In this document: one piece after another, positions 18,478 through 28,067 of the stretch | Layout of the letters: every line of letters starts with the position of its first letter | How positions within the stretch are numbered: the stretch's first letter is position 1 | Assembly: GCF_016097405.1 (NCBI RefSeq) | Contig: NZ_JAEHGD010000001.1 | Coordinates: 1,391,693 to 1,423,692 of the forward strand | Source: a methane-oxidizing endosymbiont of Gigantopelta aegis | GTDB taxonomy: Bacteria > Pseudomonadota > Gammaproteobacteria > Methylococcales > Methylomonadaceae | DNA length: 32,000 nucleotides | Direction: 5' to 3' | The notes under the pieces: model-generated | Seen by the model: only the letters and a program-made list of their open reading frames with translations | The model's database searches: none | Told to the model about the DNA's origin: nothing | Program-made: the position numbers and the translations under genes

Positions 18478-19689
18478 TCACTTGCCCGCAGCTTGTTTAA
18501 ACGGAATGACGGTCGCGCCTTGCTTTAATCCGTCCAGATAGTCTGACCAAGCTTGCATCATCTTTGCGCGTTCCTGTAAATGTTCGGCGTAATTGTAAGC
18601 CGCCCGGACTGAGTCACGCTCAGAGTGGGCAAGCTGCCGTTCAATCGCGTCACGGTTCCAGCCCTGTTCGTTTAACAGTGTGGATGCCATTGAGCGGAAG
18701 CCATGCCCGGTCATTTCCTCTTTGCTGTAACCTAAACGCCTTAATCCTGCCAGCACGGTATTTTCAGACATTGGCCGGGTATTGGTGCGGATACTTGGAA
18801 AAACATATTTACCAGCCCCCGTCAGGGGTTTGATTTCTTCCAATATCGCGATAGCCTGCCGGGATAACGGCACGATATGAACCTGTCGCATTTTCATTTT
18901 TTCAGCCGGTATTTTCCACTCTGCATTGTCCAGGTCGATTTCTGACCATTCCGCTTGTCTGAGTTCCCCAGGCCGAACAAATACCAATGGCGCTAACCGC
19001 ATGGCACACTTGCTGATAAAGTGGCCTTTGTAACCGTCAATGGCGCGTAAAAGTTCGGCTATTTGCTTGGGTTCTGTGATGCTGGCAAGGTGCTTTTTCT
19101 TGACCGGTGGTAATGCGCCTTTCAGGTCTTGGGTGGGGTCGCGTTCGGCTTTGCCTGTCGCTACGGCATAACGAAACACTTGGCTACAATTCTGCATGGC
19201 TCTGTGGACTGTTTCCAATGCGCCTCGGGATTCGATGCGTCGCAAGACAGCCAGTAACTCTGGCGGGGTGATTGTGCTTATTTGTCTTTTACCTACCCAC
19301 GGGAAAATATCTTTTTCCAGCCGTGTCAGTATTCTGCCTGCGTGGTTTTCTGTCCAGTTGGGTTTGTGTCGATTATGCCAGTCACGCGCCACCGCTTCAA
19401 AGCTGTCAGAATCACTCATGCGTTTAGTGGCCTTTTTATGTTCGCAGGGGTCGATACCGTCAGTTATTTGCTCTTTGACGGTATCTCTAATCTGTCGCGC
19501 TTTTTTTAGAGTGATGGATGGATAAACGCCTATCGCATAAGTTTTGCGTTTTCCGTGTATGCGGTAATCCAGTCGGAAGTATTTACTGCCATTGGGTTTG
19601 ACCAGCAAATACATGCCTTTTTCATCGGCGATTTTATATTGCTTGGCTTTTGGCTTAGCGTTACGGATGGCGGTGTCTGTAAGAGGCAT
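18478..19689 (-). CDS. Tyrosine integrase, P4/CP4-57 type
   Basis: 403 aa. N-terminal DUF4102-type arm-binding domain (MPLTDTAIRNAKPKAKQYKIADEKGMYLLVKPNGSKYFRLDYR). C-terminal catalytic residues (HGFRSMAST...LAHSERDSVRAAYNY). Lies directly downstream of the ssrA 3' end. Confidence 0.9.
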   Translation of the reverse strand: MPLTDTAIRNAKPKAKQYKIADEKGMYLLVKPNGSKYFRLDYRIHGKRKTYAIGVYPSITLKKARQIRDTVKEQITDGIDPCEHKKATKRMSDSDSFEAVARDWHNRHKPNWTENHAGRILTRLEKDIFPWVGKRQISTITPPELLAVLRRIESRGALETVHRAMQNCSQVFRYAVATGKAERDPTQDLKGALPPVKKKHLASITEPKQIAELLRAIDGYKGHFISKCAMRLAPLVFVRPGELRQAEWSEIDLDNAEWKIPAEKMKMRQVHIVPLSRQAIAILEEIKPLTGAGKYVFPSIRTNTRPMSENTVLAGLRRLGYSKEEMTGHGFRSMASTLLNEQGWNRDAIERQLAHSERDSVRAAYNYAEHLQERAKMMQAWSDYLDGLKQGATVIPFKQAAGK

Positions 19690-19783
19690 GACGGTATCAA
19701 CTCCGGGTTAATTAAATGTACCGTCATTTATACCGCCACAATTGACGGTATGTCAATGGATTCTATTGGACGCTATAAGACAT

Positions 19784-19817
19784 AAAAAAAGCCATGAATC
19801 GTTATAATTCAAGGCTT
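19784..19817 (-). terminator. Hairpin plus T7 downstream of ssrA (putative terminator)
   Basis: Minus strand aagccttgaat-tataacg-attcatggctt (one mismatch) followed by ttttttt. Confidence 0.45.
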
Positions 19818-19851
19818 TATGGACTTTCTTGGACTTGTCTGGAAGTTGAAT

Positions 19852-20229
19852 TGGTGGAGGCGGCGGGAATTGAACCCGCGTCCGCAAGTACTCCGCCTTA
19901 AGGTCTACATGCTTGTCCCATGCTTTTAATTTAACTGATGACTACCCGATGGGCCAGGAAAATCATCAGCGATTCCGATTGGTTTTAACGCTTTCGACTC
20001 CGGACGAAGTCTAGGCGCGATCTTATGTAAGATGACCCCTGAATGTCCCGAAGGACTCTGCACGCATAAGCACATGCAGTCAGAGGAGTGGTGCTGTTTT
20101 TAAGCAGCTAAAGCCACTGAGTAGTTTTCGTCGTTTGCGAATACTTTAAAGTCAGTATGTTTTACGAGATGTACTGTCCTCGGCATGCACTCAAGGTTTT
20201 GCTACCTGCGTCGAAGCCAAGTCGCCCCC
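19852..20229 (-). ncRNA. ssrA: tmRNA (SsrA), tag peptide ANDENYSVALAA
   Basis: Minus strand starts gggggcgacttggcttcgacgcaggtagc and ends gggttcaattcccgccgcctccacca (tRNA-Ala-like acceptor with G3-U70). The tag reading frame gcaaacgacgaaaactactcagtggctttagctgcttaa is at 20100..20138. A TATAAT lies at 20241..20246 upstream. Confidence 0.9.
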
Positions 20230-20308
20230 TAAGTCTGTCCATTATATGACAAATTAATTCGAAATAGTTCATTATTTTTTTAAATTTTTTCCAACAAAAA
20301 TTATTTTA

Positions 20309-22474
20309 TCAATCTTCACCTTGTAAACGGGTGATCCAAGGGGTATCGGCTAAAGGGTCGACGTGAAAGATCAAGGCGTCAGATTTATGCAACAAACCTT
20401 CTTCACCAGATGCATTGGGATTGAGTTGTCTTTTCTGAAGAAAGTCTATCCAGCGTTGACTGTTGTAAATGACCAGGCCGCGTAAACCGAATGGATTGCT
20501 ATAAATTTGATAAGCCACATTATTTTCGGTAAAGCCAGGGTTGCGTTGAATCAATGATAGCAATTTCTGTTGGTGATGTCCTGCTAACTTTTTAAGAAAC
20601 GAATCGGGGTGTTCAAGGATTAATGTTTTTAAAAAAGGTTGGAGTGAATGTTGGGACTGATGCTGTTGTAACGCATTGATTTCTCGTTCAGACAAGGTAA
20701 AACTTTCAGCAACCAGGTAGTGCTGGTCAATATTGCCATCATTGGCAAATAAGGTGATTTTTTCAAGGTTTGGATCTTCGACGGCGGTTAGAAACGAACG
20801 CGGTGCGCGGATATGTTTATCGATGGTAATGACCCAGGGTAAGGCACGGCCGGTACGTTTAAAGCGTTCTTTGACGCTTTCGATAACGCCGCAGCGTGAG
20901 AGTTCTGTTTCGCGCCCGTGTGGTTTGACCAGAAAAGCATCGACTGCAGTAATTTGAGTATGGAAACCAGCGGCCTTGAAATCCTGAATAATAGTGGAGT
21001 AGCGCGGTTGATAGGGAATCCCTGTGCCATCGTAGAGAATATTGATGCCGGCTTCCTTGGCGTGTTGTGCCACCATATCCCGTAGTCGATTGGCAAAGGG
21101 TTCTACATAAACATAGTCGTCACTGTGGTGGTTGGCTGCGGTTAGTACATTGTATAGATCACTTAATTTACGGAATTCGTCCAACGAGGCAATGACATAG
21201 TTGTCTCCGCATTGAGCGGTAGCAATTTCTTCGACGGCTGTTTTTCCTGCGCCGGCCCCACCCATGCTCATGAATAATTTAGGTTTTAGGACGGGAATTT
21301 TCCCTTCAAATATTTTTTGTCGGGTATTGATTAAGATACGCTGTATGCTACAGAGTCTGTCATAGGCGATTTCAACGGTTCGTTCCAGGCGTTTATCACC
21401 ATCGGCGGCGGCAAGCAGACGTTTTTTAAGTGGCTCGTTATTGGCAACTTTAAACAAATGCTTTTTATCGCCTTCACATTCTTTTAGAAGATCCAGAAAC
21501 TCCATGTGGCTGGGGGTGCGTAGGCCGGTCAGCATATTGACATCCAAGCAAAATAGAGGGGCAACACCATCTTCTCGAATGGGGATACCATCAATCAGGC
21601 GTTTATCTGGATGTCGGAGGTATTCTGTACCAGGCAGATAGCCAATTATTTTTTCGGCAATACTCAAAGGACTGTCGGCTAGGTGTTTACCTTCGCTGAA
21701 TGGATCTTCAGTAATGCTATTCACTGGAACTAGTCCGCCGGTCACGGTGACTAAACACAGCACACCATCTTCTGTGGTATGGGATAGAAACGGAATGCCG
21801 GATAGAAAATATTTGTTTTCCGGCCAGGTGCCGTAGCTGTTAGCTTTGTTTGCCAAGGTTTTATTGCAGACTGGATCTAAGGCATGTTGAAATGCGAGGC
21901 TGATTTGCTTAAGGTCGCTATCTGGGCTATGAAGAATAACTGCGTCGCCTTTGGCCAGTCGTCTAAAATCAATACCGGCTTCGTAAACAGCTTTAAAGGC
22001 CGGCAAGTGTCCTAGCGTGCTCATAAATAAATCAAGTGTAATGCGATTGCCATAGGAAAATGGCCGTACATGTCGCATTTCCTGATAAAAACGCGCCAGC
22101 CTGTCAGCAATATTTTCGGTATAAATGACAAAACCGTTATTGTCGAATATCGCGGTGTCTTTGTTTTTCTGGCCATCAAGCACCAACTGGCCAATGGTGT
22201 TACGAAAGCGTTTTCGAGTGGTGGCGGAAATAATGATTCCTGGTCGGTGATTGACACTGGCCTGGTCTTTCCAGTCATGAAAAATATCCCGATGAATACG
22301 GGTGAATAACATAGTCAGATAGGTGACACGCTTGGTTTGATCATGTGAAACGGTTGCTTCGGCTTCGCGCGACAAGGTGGATAAAAGGTGTGTGCCTTGT
22401 AAGATAGCCAGCGTCGTTCTGAGTTTTTTTAACTGGTTGGCGGCGGGAAATTTCTTATTATCATTATTATTCAT
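20309..22474 (-). CDS. Large orphan protein: N-terminal region with a degenerate Fic/Doc-like motif plus a central zeta-toxin/AvrRxo1-like P-loop kinase domain
   Basis: 721 aa. HVRPFSYGNRITLDLF (22025..22072) resembles HPFxxGNGRxxR. Walker A GGAGAGKT (21239..21262) is followed by VIASLDEFRKL and ILYDGTG, the zeta-toxin kinase pattern. No partner ORF on either side. Confidence 0.7.
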   Translation of the reverse strand: MNNNDNKKFPAANQLKKLRTTLAILQGTHLLSTLSREAEATVSHDQTKRVTYLTMLFTRIHRDIFHDWKDQASVNHRPGIIISATTRKRFRNTIGQLVLDGQKNKDTAIFDNNGFVIYTENIADRLARFYQEMRHVRPFSYGNRITLDLFMSTLGHLPAFKAVYEAGIDFRRLAKGDAVILHSPDSDLKQISLAFQHALDPVCNKTLANKANSYGTWPENKYFLSGIPFLSHTTEDGVLCLVTVTGGLVPVNSITEDPFSEGKHLADSPLSIAEKIIGYLPGTEYLRHPDKRLIDGIPIREDGVAPLFCLDVNMLTGLRTPSHMEFLDLLKECEGDKKHLFKVANNEPLKKRLLAAADGDKRLERTVEIAYDRLCSIQRILINTRQKIFEGKIPVLKPKLFMSMGGAGAGKTAVEEIATAQCGDNYVIASLDEFRKLSDLYNVLTAANHHSDDYVYVEPFANRLRDMVAQHAKEAGINILYDGTGIPYQPRYSTIIQDFKAAGFHTQITAVDAFLVKPHGRETELSRCGVIESVKERFKRTGRALPWVITIDKHIRAPRSFLTAVEDPNLEKITLFANDGNIDQHYLVAESFTLSEREINALQQHQSQHSLQPFLKTLILEHPDSFLKKLAGHHQQKLLSLIQRNPGFTENNVAYQIYSNPFGLRGLVIYNSQRWIDFLQKRQLNPNASGEEGLLHKSDALIFHVDPLADTPWITRLQGED

Positions 22475-22814
22475 ACGCTTATCCTGTCAATCTGTAACCT
22501 GTTTGGCTTGAGTATTGTAACCTACTGGACAGGATGAAAGCGTTTAAATGCGAAGAAGCTAGAGCAGGGTGGTTTAGGCTATAATTATCGGTTAAACGTA
22601 ATTAAAGACTTAAGTGTTTACTCAATAGTGTGCGGGCATGTTAGTCCGGTTGCGGTCAATGAGTTACCCAGCCTTGTCATTGTCGTGTCATGAAATTATT
22701 TATTTTTTATCAATAGCTTATGTTATTAACGATAAAGCTAGGTTAAGCTGATGCTGTCTTTTATTTTGTGAACTCTTTTTTGCATTTTGTAACTTAAAAA
22801 TTCAAGGATAATTT

Positions 22815-23828
22815 ATGAGCAAGTCCATCGTTCTTACAGGAATTACCACTACAGGAACGCCCCATTTGGGCAATTATGCCGGCGCGATTCGGCCCGCAAT
22901 TGCCGCCAGTAAAAATGATGATGTCAGGCCATTTTATTTTCTGGCTGATTATCATGCCTTAATTAAATGTCATGAACCTGAACGAGTAAAACAATCGAGC
23001 CTAGAAATAGCGGCAACCTGGCTGGCTTTAGGGTTAGATACCTCCAATGCCGTGTTCTATCGTCAGTCGGATGTGCCTGAAATACTGGAATTGACGTGGA
23101 TGTTGACTTGTGTAACAGCAAAAGGTTTGATGAATCGGGCGCATGCTTATAAAGCCGCTGTGGCCGAAAATGAAGAAGCCGGCGGTAAGGACCCGGATAA
23201 AGGCATTACCATGGGCCTGTTCAGTTATCCTATTTTAATGGCGGCCGATATTTTAATGTTTAATGCCAACAAGGTACCGGTTGGAAAAGATCAGATTCAG
23301 CATATTGAAATGGCACGCGATATTGCCAGTCGATTTAACCATATTTATGGTGAACATTTTACCTTGCCGGAAGCTGTGGTGGAGGAAAATGCAGCAACAT
23401 TGTTGGGATTAGATGGGCGCAAAATGAGTAAAAGTTATAACAACACCATCCCATTGTTTGAAAATGAGAAAAAATTCCGTAAATTGATCAATAAAATCAA
23501 AACCAACTCCTTGGAGCCTGGCGAGCCTAAAGACCCAGAAGGCTGTACTTTGTTTGGGATCTATCAGGCATTTGCCCGTGACTCTGAAGTGGCTGAGATG
23601 CGTCATCGTTATGCCGAAGGCATTGGCTGGGGTGAAATGAAAAAGATTTTATTTGAAAAAATAAACGAAGAAATCGCACCGGCACGGGAGCGCTATCAGG
23701 CTTTATTAGATGCACCTGAGCATATTGAAGAACAATTGCAAGAGGGCGCACAAAAGGCACGAGCGATTGCAACACCATTTATTCAGGAACTTAGAGAAGC
23801 TGTAGGCATTTCAAAAATCACAGCCTAA
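22815..23828 (+). CDS. trpS: Tryptophan--tRNA ligase
   Basis: 337 aa, class I signatures TPHLGNYAG (HIGH) and KMSKS, plus [12 protein letters not shown] and [18 protein letters not shown], collinear with TrpRS. Confidence 0.9.
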   Translation: MSKSIVLTGITTTGTPHLGNYAGAIRPAIAASKNDDVRPFYFLADYHALIKCHEPERVKQSSLEIAATWLALGLDTSNAVFYRQSDVPEILELTWMLTCVTAKGLMNRAHAYKAAVAENEEAGGKDPDKGITMGLFSYPILMAADILMFNANKVPVGKDQIQHIEMARDIASRFNHIYGEHFTLPEAVVEENAATLLGLDGRKMSKSYNNTIPLFENEKKFRKLINKIKTNSLEPGEPKDPEGCTLFGIYQAFARDSEVAEMRHRYAEGIGWGEMKKILFEKINEEIAPARERYQALLDAPEHIEEQLQEGAQKARAIATPFIQELREAVGISKITA

Positions 23829-23933
23829 AACGCTATTCATCCTTCGGTCATTACTTAATAACACGGGGTACACAAAACTTATGGATACAAGGAGACTTTC
23901 TTTTGGCCACTTTCCATGGCAAGGCTGGGTTAA

Positions 23934-25757
23934 ATGACGACTATGGTTCCTGGGCAACGTTGGATGAGTAATACCGAAGCAGAATTAGGCTTGGGTCTTA
24001 TTCTGGAGGTCGAATTCAACCGGGTTACCGTGTTATATCTGGCGACGGGTGAGCGACGAGTCTATGCTAAGGCCAATGCGCCGTTGACGCGTGTACAATT
24101 TTCGCCGGGCGATAGCATAGAATCGATCGATGGCGAAAAAATCAAGATTGATGCCGTTCAGGAGCAAGATGGTCTTCTGATCTATATCGGTAAAAACGAA
24201 AGCGGGGATTCTGTCACGCTGGAGGAAATGGATCTGAACCCCCATATTCAGTTTAACAAGCCGCAAGATCGTCTGTTTAGTGGTCAATTCGATTCACCCG
24301 CCTGGTTTCAATTGCGGTATGAAACCTGGCGGCGGCAGGAAGCGTTTCAGCAGTCATCGGTTAAAGGATTACAAGGCGCTCGAGCAGCGCTGATTCCACA
24401 TCAGATTTATATTGCTCATGAGGCCGCTAATCGGATTCAACCACGGGTTATGCTGGCCGATGAAGTTGGTTTAGGTAAAACTATTGAAGCCGGGCTGATT
24501 ATGCATCACCGGCTACTGAACGGGTTGAGTAAGCGTATTCTGGTTATTGTACCGGATGCCTTGTTGCATCAGTGGCTGGTTGAAATGATCCGGCGCTTTA
24601 ATTTACGTTTCAGCCTATTTGATGAAGAACGTTGCCAAGTGGCCGCAGAAGTGGGTGAAAATCCATTTTTAACCGAGCAGCTCGTGTTATGTGGGCAGGG
24701 GTTTCTAGCGCAACATCCTAAGCGACAACAACAGGTTCTGGATGCGGGCTGGGATATGGTCGTGATCGATGAAGCCCATCATATCGAATGGGATGAGCAG
24801 AATCCTAGCGCTGAATATCGTTTTGTTGAAAACCTTGCCTTATCCACGCCTGGCCTGGTTTTACTGACAGCGACGCCAGAACAGATGGGGGCAAAGAGCC
24901 ATTTTGCCCGCTTAAGATTATTGGATCCAGACCGGTTTTATGATTTTGAGCAGTTTCAGGCCGAACAGAAACAGTATGAGCCAGTTGCTGAAATTGCCCA
25001 TCGACTGCTGTCCGATAGCGCTTTGACGATTGATGAAATTGACACGCTGCAACAACTTATTCGTCATGATCACGCCGAGAAATTGCTGGCGCAAGTGAAT
25101 CAGGCCGATGATATCAGGGCAGTGCGGGATGAATTGATTCAGTTGTTGCTTGATCAGCACGGAACCGGCCGCATTTTGTTTCGTAATTCTAGACAGACCG
25201 TCAAAGGTTTTCCTGACCGGCAATGTCATGCTTATTCTTTGTCGGCAAACGGGGCAGCTGTGGAAGATGTTTATCAAGATTGGCTGCTGAAAAAAATAAA
25301 ACAACTTGGGTCTGAAAAAGCCTTGCTGATCTGTCACAAGGCGGAGACAGTCGTCGCACTGGAAAAATGGTTGCGGGAAAAACACGGCATTGCCGCCGCC
25401 GTTTTCCATGAGGGCATGAGTATTGTCGAACGCGATCGGGCAGCCGCTTATTTTGCTGACCCGGAATCGTCGGCTACGATACTGCTCTGTTCGGAAATCG
25501 GTAGCGAAGGTCGAAATTTCCAATTTGTGCATCATCTGTTGTTATTTGACTTGCCGGATAACCCTGATTTATTACAGCAGCGCATAGGTCGCTTGGATCG
25601 TATTGGCCAGACCCATGTGATTCAAATTCATATTCCGTATATTGAAAACAGCCCGCAGCATGTCTTGTATCGCTGGTATCACGAGGGCTTGAATGCCTTT
25701 CAGCATAACTGCAATGGTGCCGCGCAAGTACTAGAACAGGTGCAGCCAGAGCTATAG
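23934..25757 (+). CDS. rapA: RNA polymerase-associated Swi2/Snf2 ATPase RapA, N-terminal 607 codons ending at an in-frame TAG
   Basis: PGQRWMSNTEAELGLG..., LADEVGLGKTIEAG (motif I), VVIDEAHH (DEAH), LLCSEIGSEGRNFQF, QRIGRLDRIGQ. Collinear with E. coli RapA residues about 1-610. Confidence 0.85.
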   Translation: MTTMVPGQRWMSNTEAELGLGLILEVEFNRVTVLYLATGERRVYAKANAPLTRVQFSPGDSIESIDGEKIKIDAVQEQDGLLIYIGKNESGDSVTLEEMDLNPHIQFNKPQDRLFSGQFDSPAWFQLRYETWRRQEAFQQSSVKGLQGARAALIPHQIYIAHEAANRIQPRVMLADEVGLGKTIEAGLIMHHRLLNGLSKRILVIVPDALLHQWLVEMIRRFNLRFSLFDEERCQVAAEVGENPFLTEQLVLCGQGFLAQHPKRQQQVLDAGWDMVVIDEAHHIEWDEQNPSAEYRFVENLALSTPGLVLLTATPEQMGAKSHFARLRLLDPDRFYDFEQFQAEQKQYEPVAEIAHRLLSDSALTIDEIDTLQQLIRHDHAEKLLAQVNQADDIRAVRDELIQLLLDQHGTGRILFRNSRQTVKGFPDRQCHAYSLSANGAAVEDVYQDWLLKKIKQLGSEKALLICHKAETVVALEKWLREKHGIAAAVFHEGMSIVERDRAAAYFADPESSATILLCSEIGSEGRNFQFVHHLLLFDLPDNPDLLQQRIGRLDRIGQTHVIQIHIPYIENSPQHVLYRWYHEGLNAFQHNCNGAAQVLEQVQPEL

Positions 25758-25763
25758 CAGGCA

Positions 25764-26705
25764 TTGATGCAAGCCGACAACAGTGACTGTGTTGAGACAC
25801 TGATTGCAAAAACACAGCAGGTGTTAAAGCAGGTGGAAGAACAATTACACAAGGGTCGAGACCCTTTGCTGGAATTGAATTCATGTCGTCCCGAACAAGC
25901 CCGGCAGTTGATTGAAGCACTGAAAAAGCGAGAGCTCGATGGCTCTTTATGGCCCTATATGGAGCAAGTCTTTGATTGTTATGGCATCAATACCGAATTT
26001 CATTCCGCCGATTGTTATATCCTGACGCCGACTGAAAATATGCGGGAAGCACATTTTCCGGGATTGGAAGATGATGGTGTTACTGTCACTATCAACCGCG
26101 ACATTGCGTTGGCGCGTGAAGATATGCAGTTTTTGACGGATGAGCATCCAATGGTGATGGCAGCAATGGATAGGGTATTGTCCAGCGAAACTGGAAATGC
26201 TTCGGTTGCCGTGATTCAACATCCAGCGTTAAAAGGCGGGCAATTTTTGTTGGAGATGTTGTTTATCGTTGAATGCAGTGCACCGCCCGTATTACAAATC
26301 AGCCGGTTTTTACCGCCCACCCCAATTCGGATTTTAATTGACCAGAACCAGAATGATCGTAGTGATGAAATCAGTCATCAAAGTATGATTGACACCGGTG
26401 ACCGTTTTGACAAACAACAAATTGCTCAGTTTTTGAATCATCAGCGTGAAGTTATCAACGCCATGATACGTCTGGCAGAGCAGGAAGCAGAACGCAGAAT
26501 GCAGGTACTGATTGATGCAAGCTGTCAACAATTATTGCTGACATATCGGACAGAAATCAAACGCCTGACACGCTTGAAGCAGGTGAACCCTGGCATTAAA
26601 CAAGACGAAATCGAACAGCTCAAAGAACTCGCTTTGTTGGGGCATGATAATATTCAACAGACGCAGTTGAAACTCGATGCCGTTCGTTTTGTGATTACAA
26701 AATAA
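25764..26705 (+). CDS. rapA: RapA C-terminal domain, same reading frame as the upstream piece
   Basis: GRDPLLELNS..., FPGLEDDGVTVTINRDIALAREDMQFLTDEHPMV..., RFLPPTPIRILID... align with the E. coli RapA C-terminal third. 25764 and 23934 are both in frame 3, and only the TAG at 25755..25757 separates them. Confidence 0.8.
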   Translation: MMQADNSDCVETLIAKTQQVLKQVEEQLHKGRDPLLELNSCRPEQARQLIEALKKRELDGSLWPYMEQVFDCYGINTEFHSADCYILTPTENMREAHFPGLEDDGVTVTINRDIALAREDMQFLTDEHPMVMAAMDRVLSSETGNASVAVIQHPALKGGQFLLEMLFIVECSAPPVLQISRFLPPTPIRILIDQNQNDRSDEISHQSMIDTGDRFDKQQIAQFLNHQREVINAMIRLAEQEAERRMQVLIDASCQQLLLTYRTEIKRLTRLKQVNPGIKQDEIEQLKELALLGHDNIQQTQLKLDAVRFVITK

Positions 26706-26803
26706 ATCCGAACTATTGTTTTGGCGTTATTCCAATATAAACCGAATGAGGTTTTGCGGTGTAAAGCGCGTCAATTAAACCTATTGCCTAACCAATATAA
26801 AGC

Positions 26804-27478
26804 ATGTTTGAACTTTACCTAGACAGCGCCGATGTGGCGCAAATCACCCATTTTCAACAATTTTTACCGCTAAAAGGGATAACGACCAATCCAACGATTC
26901 TGGCACGCTCAGGCTGTGGTGTGAATGCACTACTTGAGCAAGTCACACAGGTCATGGGGCCTGTGGCACGCTTTCATGTGCAAGTCGTCAGTCAAACGGT
27001 TGAAGATATTGTAGATGAGGCGAAACAATTAAACGCCTTGCCCTACGATATCGTGGTTAAAATCCCGGCGAATGAAAACGGCCTGGCGGCGATTCGGCAC
27101 GTCAGCGCCAATAATATTCCGGTTTTAGCGACAGCAATTTATACCGTCCAACAAGGCTTTATGGCGACGTTAGCGGGAGCGGACTATCTGGCTCCGTATG
27201 TCAATCGCATCGAAGCCAGTGGCGCAGATGGTGTTGAAATGGTTGGGGATTTACAACAACTGTTACACATGCATCGGCCCGAGTGCAAAATTTTGGCTGC
27301 CAGTTTTAAAAGTATCCACCAGGCTATGGCTGTGATTCAGACGGGCATAGCCGCCATTACTTTACCTTTGGATGTGGCGACCCAGCTTCTAAGACACACG
27401 GGGACAGAAGCGGCCATCAAGCAATTTAATCAGGATTGGCAGCACACATTTGGCGATAAAAAATCATTTCAAAGTTAA
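26804..27478 (+). CDS. fsa: Fructose-6-phosphate aldolase (transaldolase-like, Fsa/TalC family)
   Basis: 224 aa: MFELYLDSADV...GITTNPTI...VVKIPANENGLAAI...YLAPYVNRIEA...ILAASFKS...ITLPLDVA...FNQDWQHTFG. Collinear with E. coli FsaA. Confidence 0.85.
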   Translation: MFELYLDSADVAQITHFQQFLPLKGITTNPTILARSGCGVNALLEQVTQVMGPVARFHVQVVSQTVEDIVDEAKQLNALPYDIVVKIPANENGLAAIRHVSANNIPVLATAIYTVQQGFMATLAGADYLAPYVNRIEASGADGVEMVGDLQQLLHMHRPECKILAASFKSIHQAMAVIQTGIAAITLPLDVATQLLRHTGTEAAIKQFNQDWQHTFGDKKSFQS

Positions 27479-27574
27479 GTGTTGTCAATTTAGTGTGCCA
27501 AATCTGCTCTATACTTAAGCCGGTACAGTCAATTTACTGAGCAGAATAAAAATAACCCACAATTGCCCTGAATT

Positions 27575-28067
27575 ATGAAAGTTTCAGCATTACCGAATTT
27601 GTATCAATGGTTTATCCGAAATAGTGCTGTCGCTGTAGGGTATACCATACTGGGTTCTTTCAGTATCTATTTATCGGTGTTATCAGGCTATGTCAGTCCT
27701 TTTTGGCCGGCGGCTGGCTTGGCATTGGCGGCGGTATGGGTTTATCGCAGTAAAATTTTGCCCGGTTTAGCATTGGGCATTTTTTTTGCTGACTGGTTGG
27801 CTTTTAGCACTGATACGGGTAAATTTTTTAATGAAAATTTAGCCATCGCTTTGTTGAGTGCCGCTGGCAGTTTGTTACAGGCTGTTATCGGGGTGCGGGG
27901 TATTGAATATTTCAATGGCCGGAATAATCCATTGCTTGACGATAAAAGTATCTTGATTTTTTTGGTCGGGGGAATGTTAAGTTGCCTCATCGCGCCTGTT
28001 TTTGGCGGTGTCGGCTTGGTAATGTTTAAATCCATCCCCTGGCAAGATGTGATTGATTTGAGTTTTA
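27575..28067 (+). pseudogene. Sensor diguanylate cyclase/phosphodiesterase, N-terminal MASE1-like membrane fragment (gene split by IS630)
   Basis: Multi-pass hydrophobic N-terminus. The track ORF 27575..28117 runs into the IS after ...PWQDVIDLSF. Joining to 29181 restores ...DLSFTWWVGDSLGVIVFTPLLL, the MASE1 WW-GD-G-P motif. Confidence 0.7.

Noticed and set aside
20733-22309. Overlapping ORFs inside or antisense to the 721-aa gene (20733..20957, 20788..21096, 21441..21641, 22021..22278, 22070..22309), and similar ones in rapA (24033..24287, 24918..25535, 25474..25920, 25947..26222, 26334..26531)
   Set aside because: They are embedded in long ORFs with clear domain signatures and have no motifs of their own. 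They are shadow ORFs.
22475-22814. Long AT-rich intergenic region upstream of trpS, considered as a possible antitoxin gene, riboswitch or T-box
   Set aside because: There is no ORF of meaningful length and no recognisable leader structure. An 8-bp inverted repeat (atcctgtc...gacaggat at about 22488..22537) is too weak to interpret. The region most likely holds divergent promoters.
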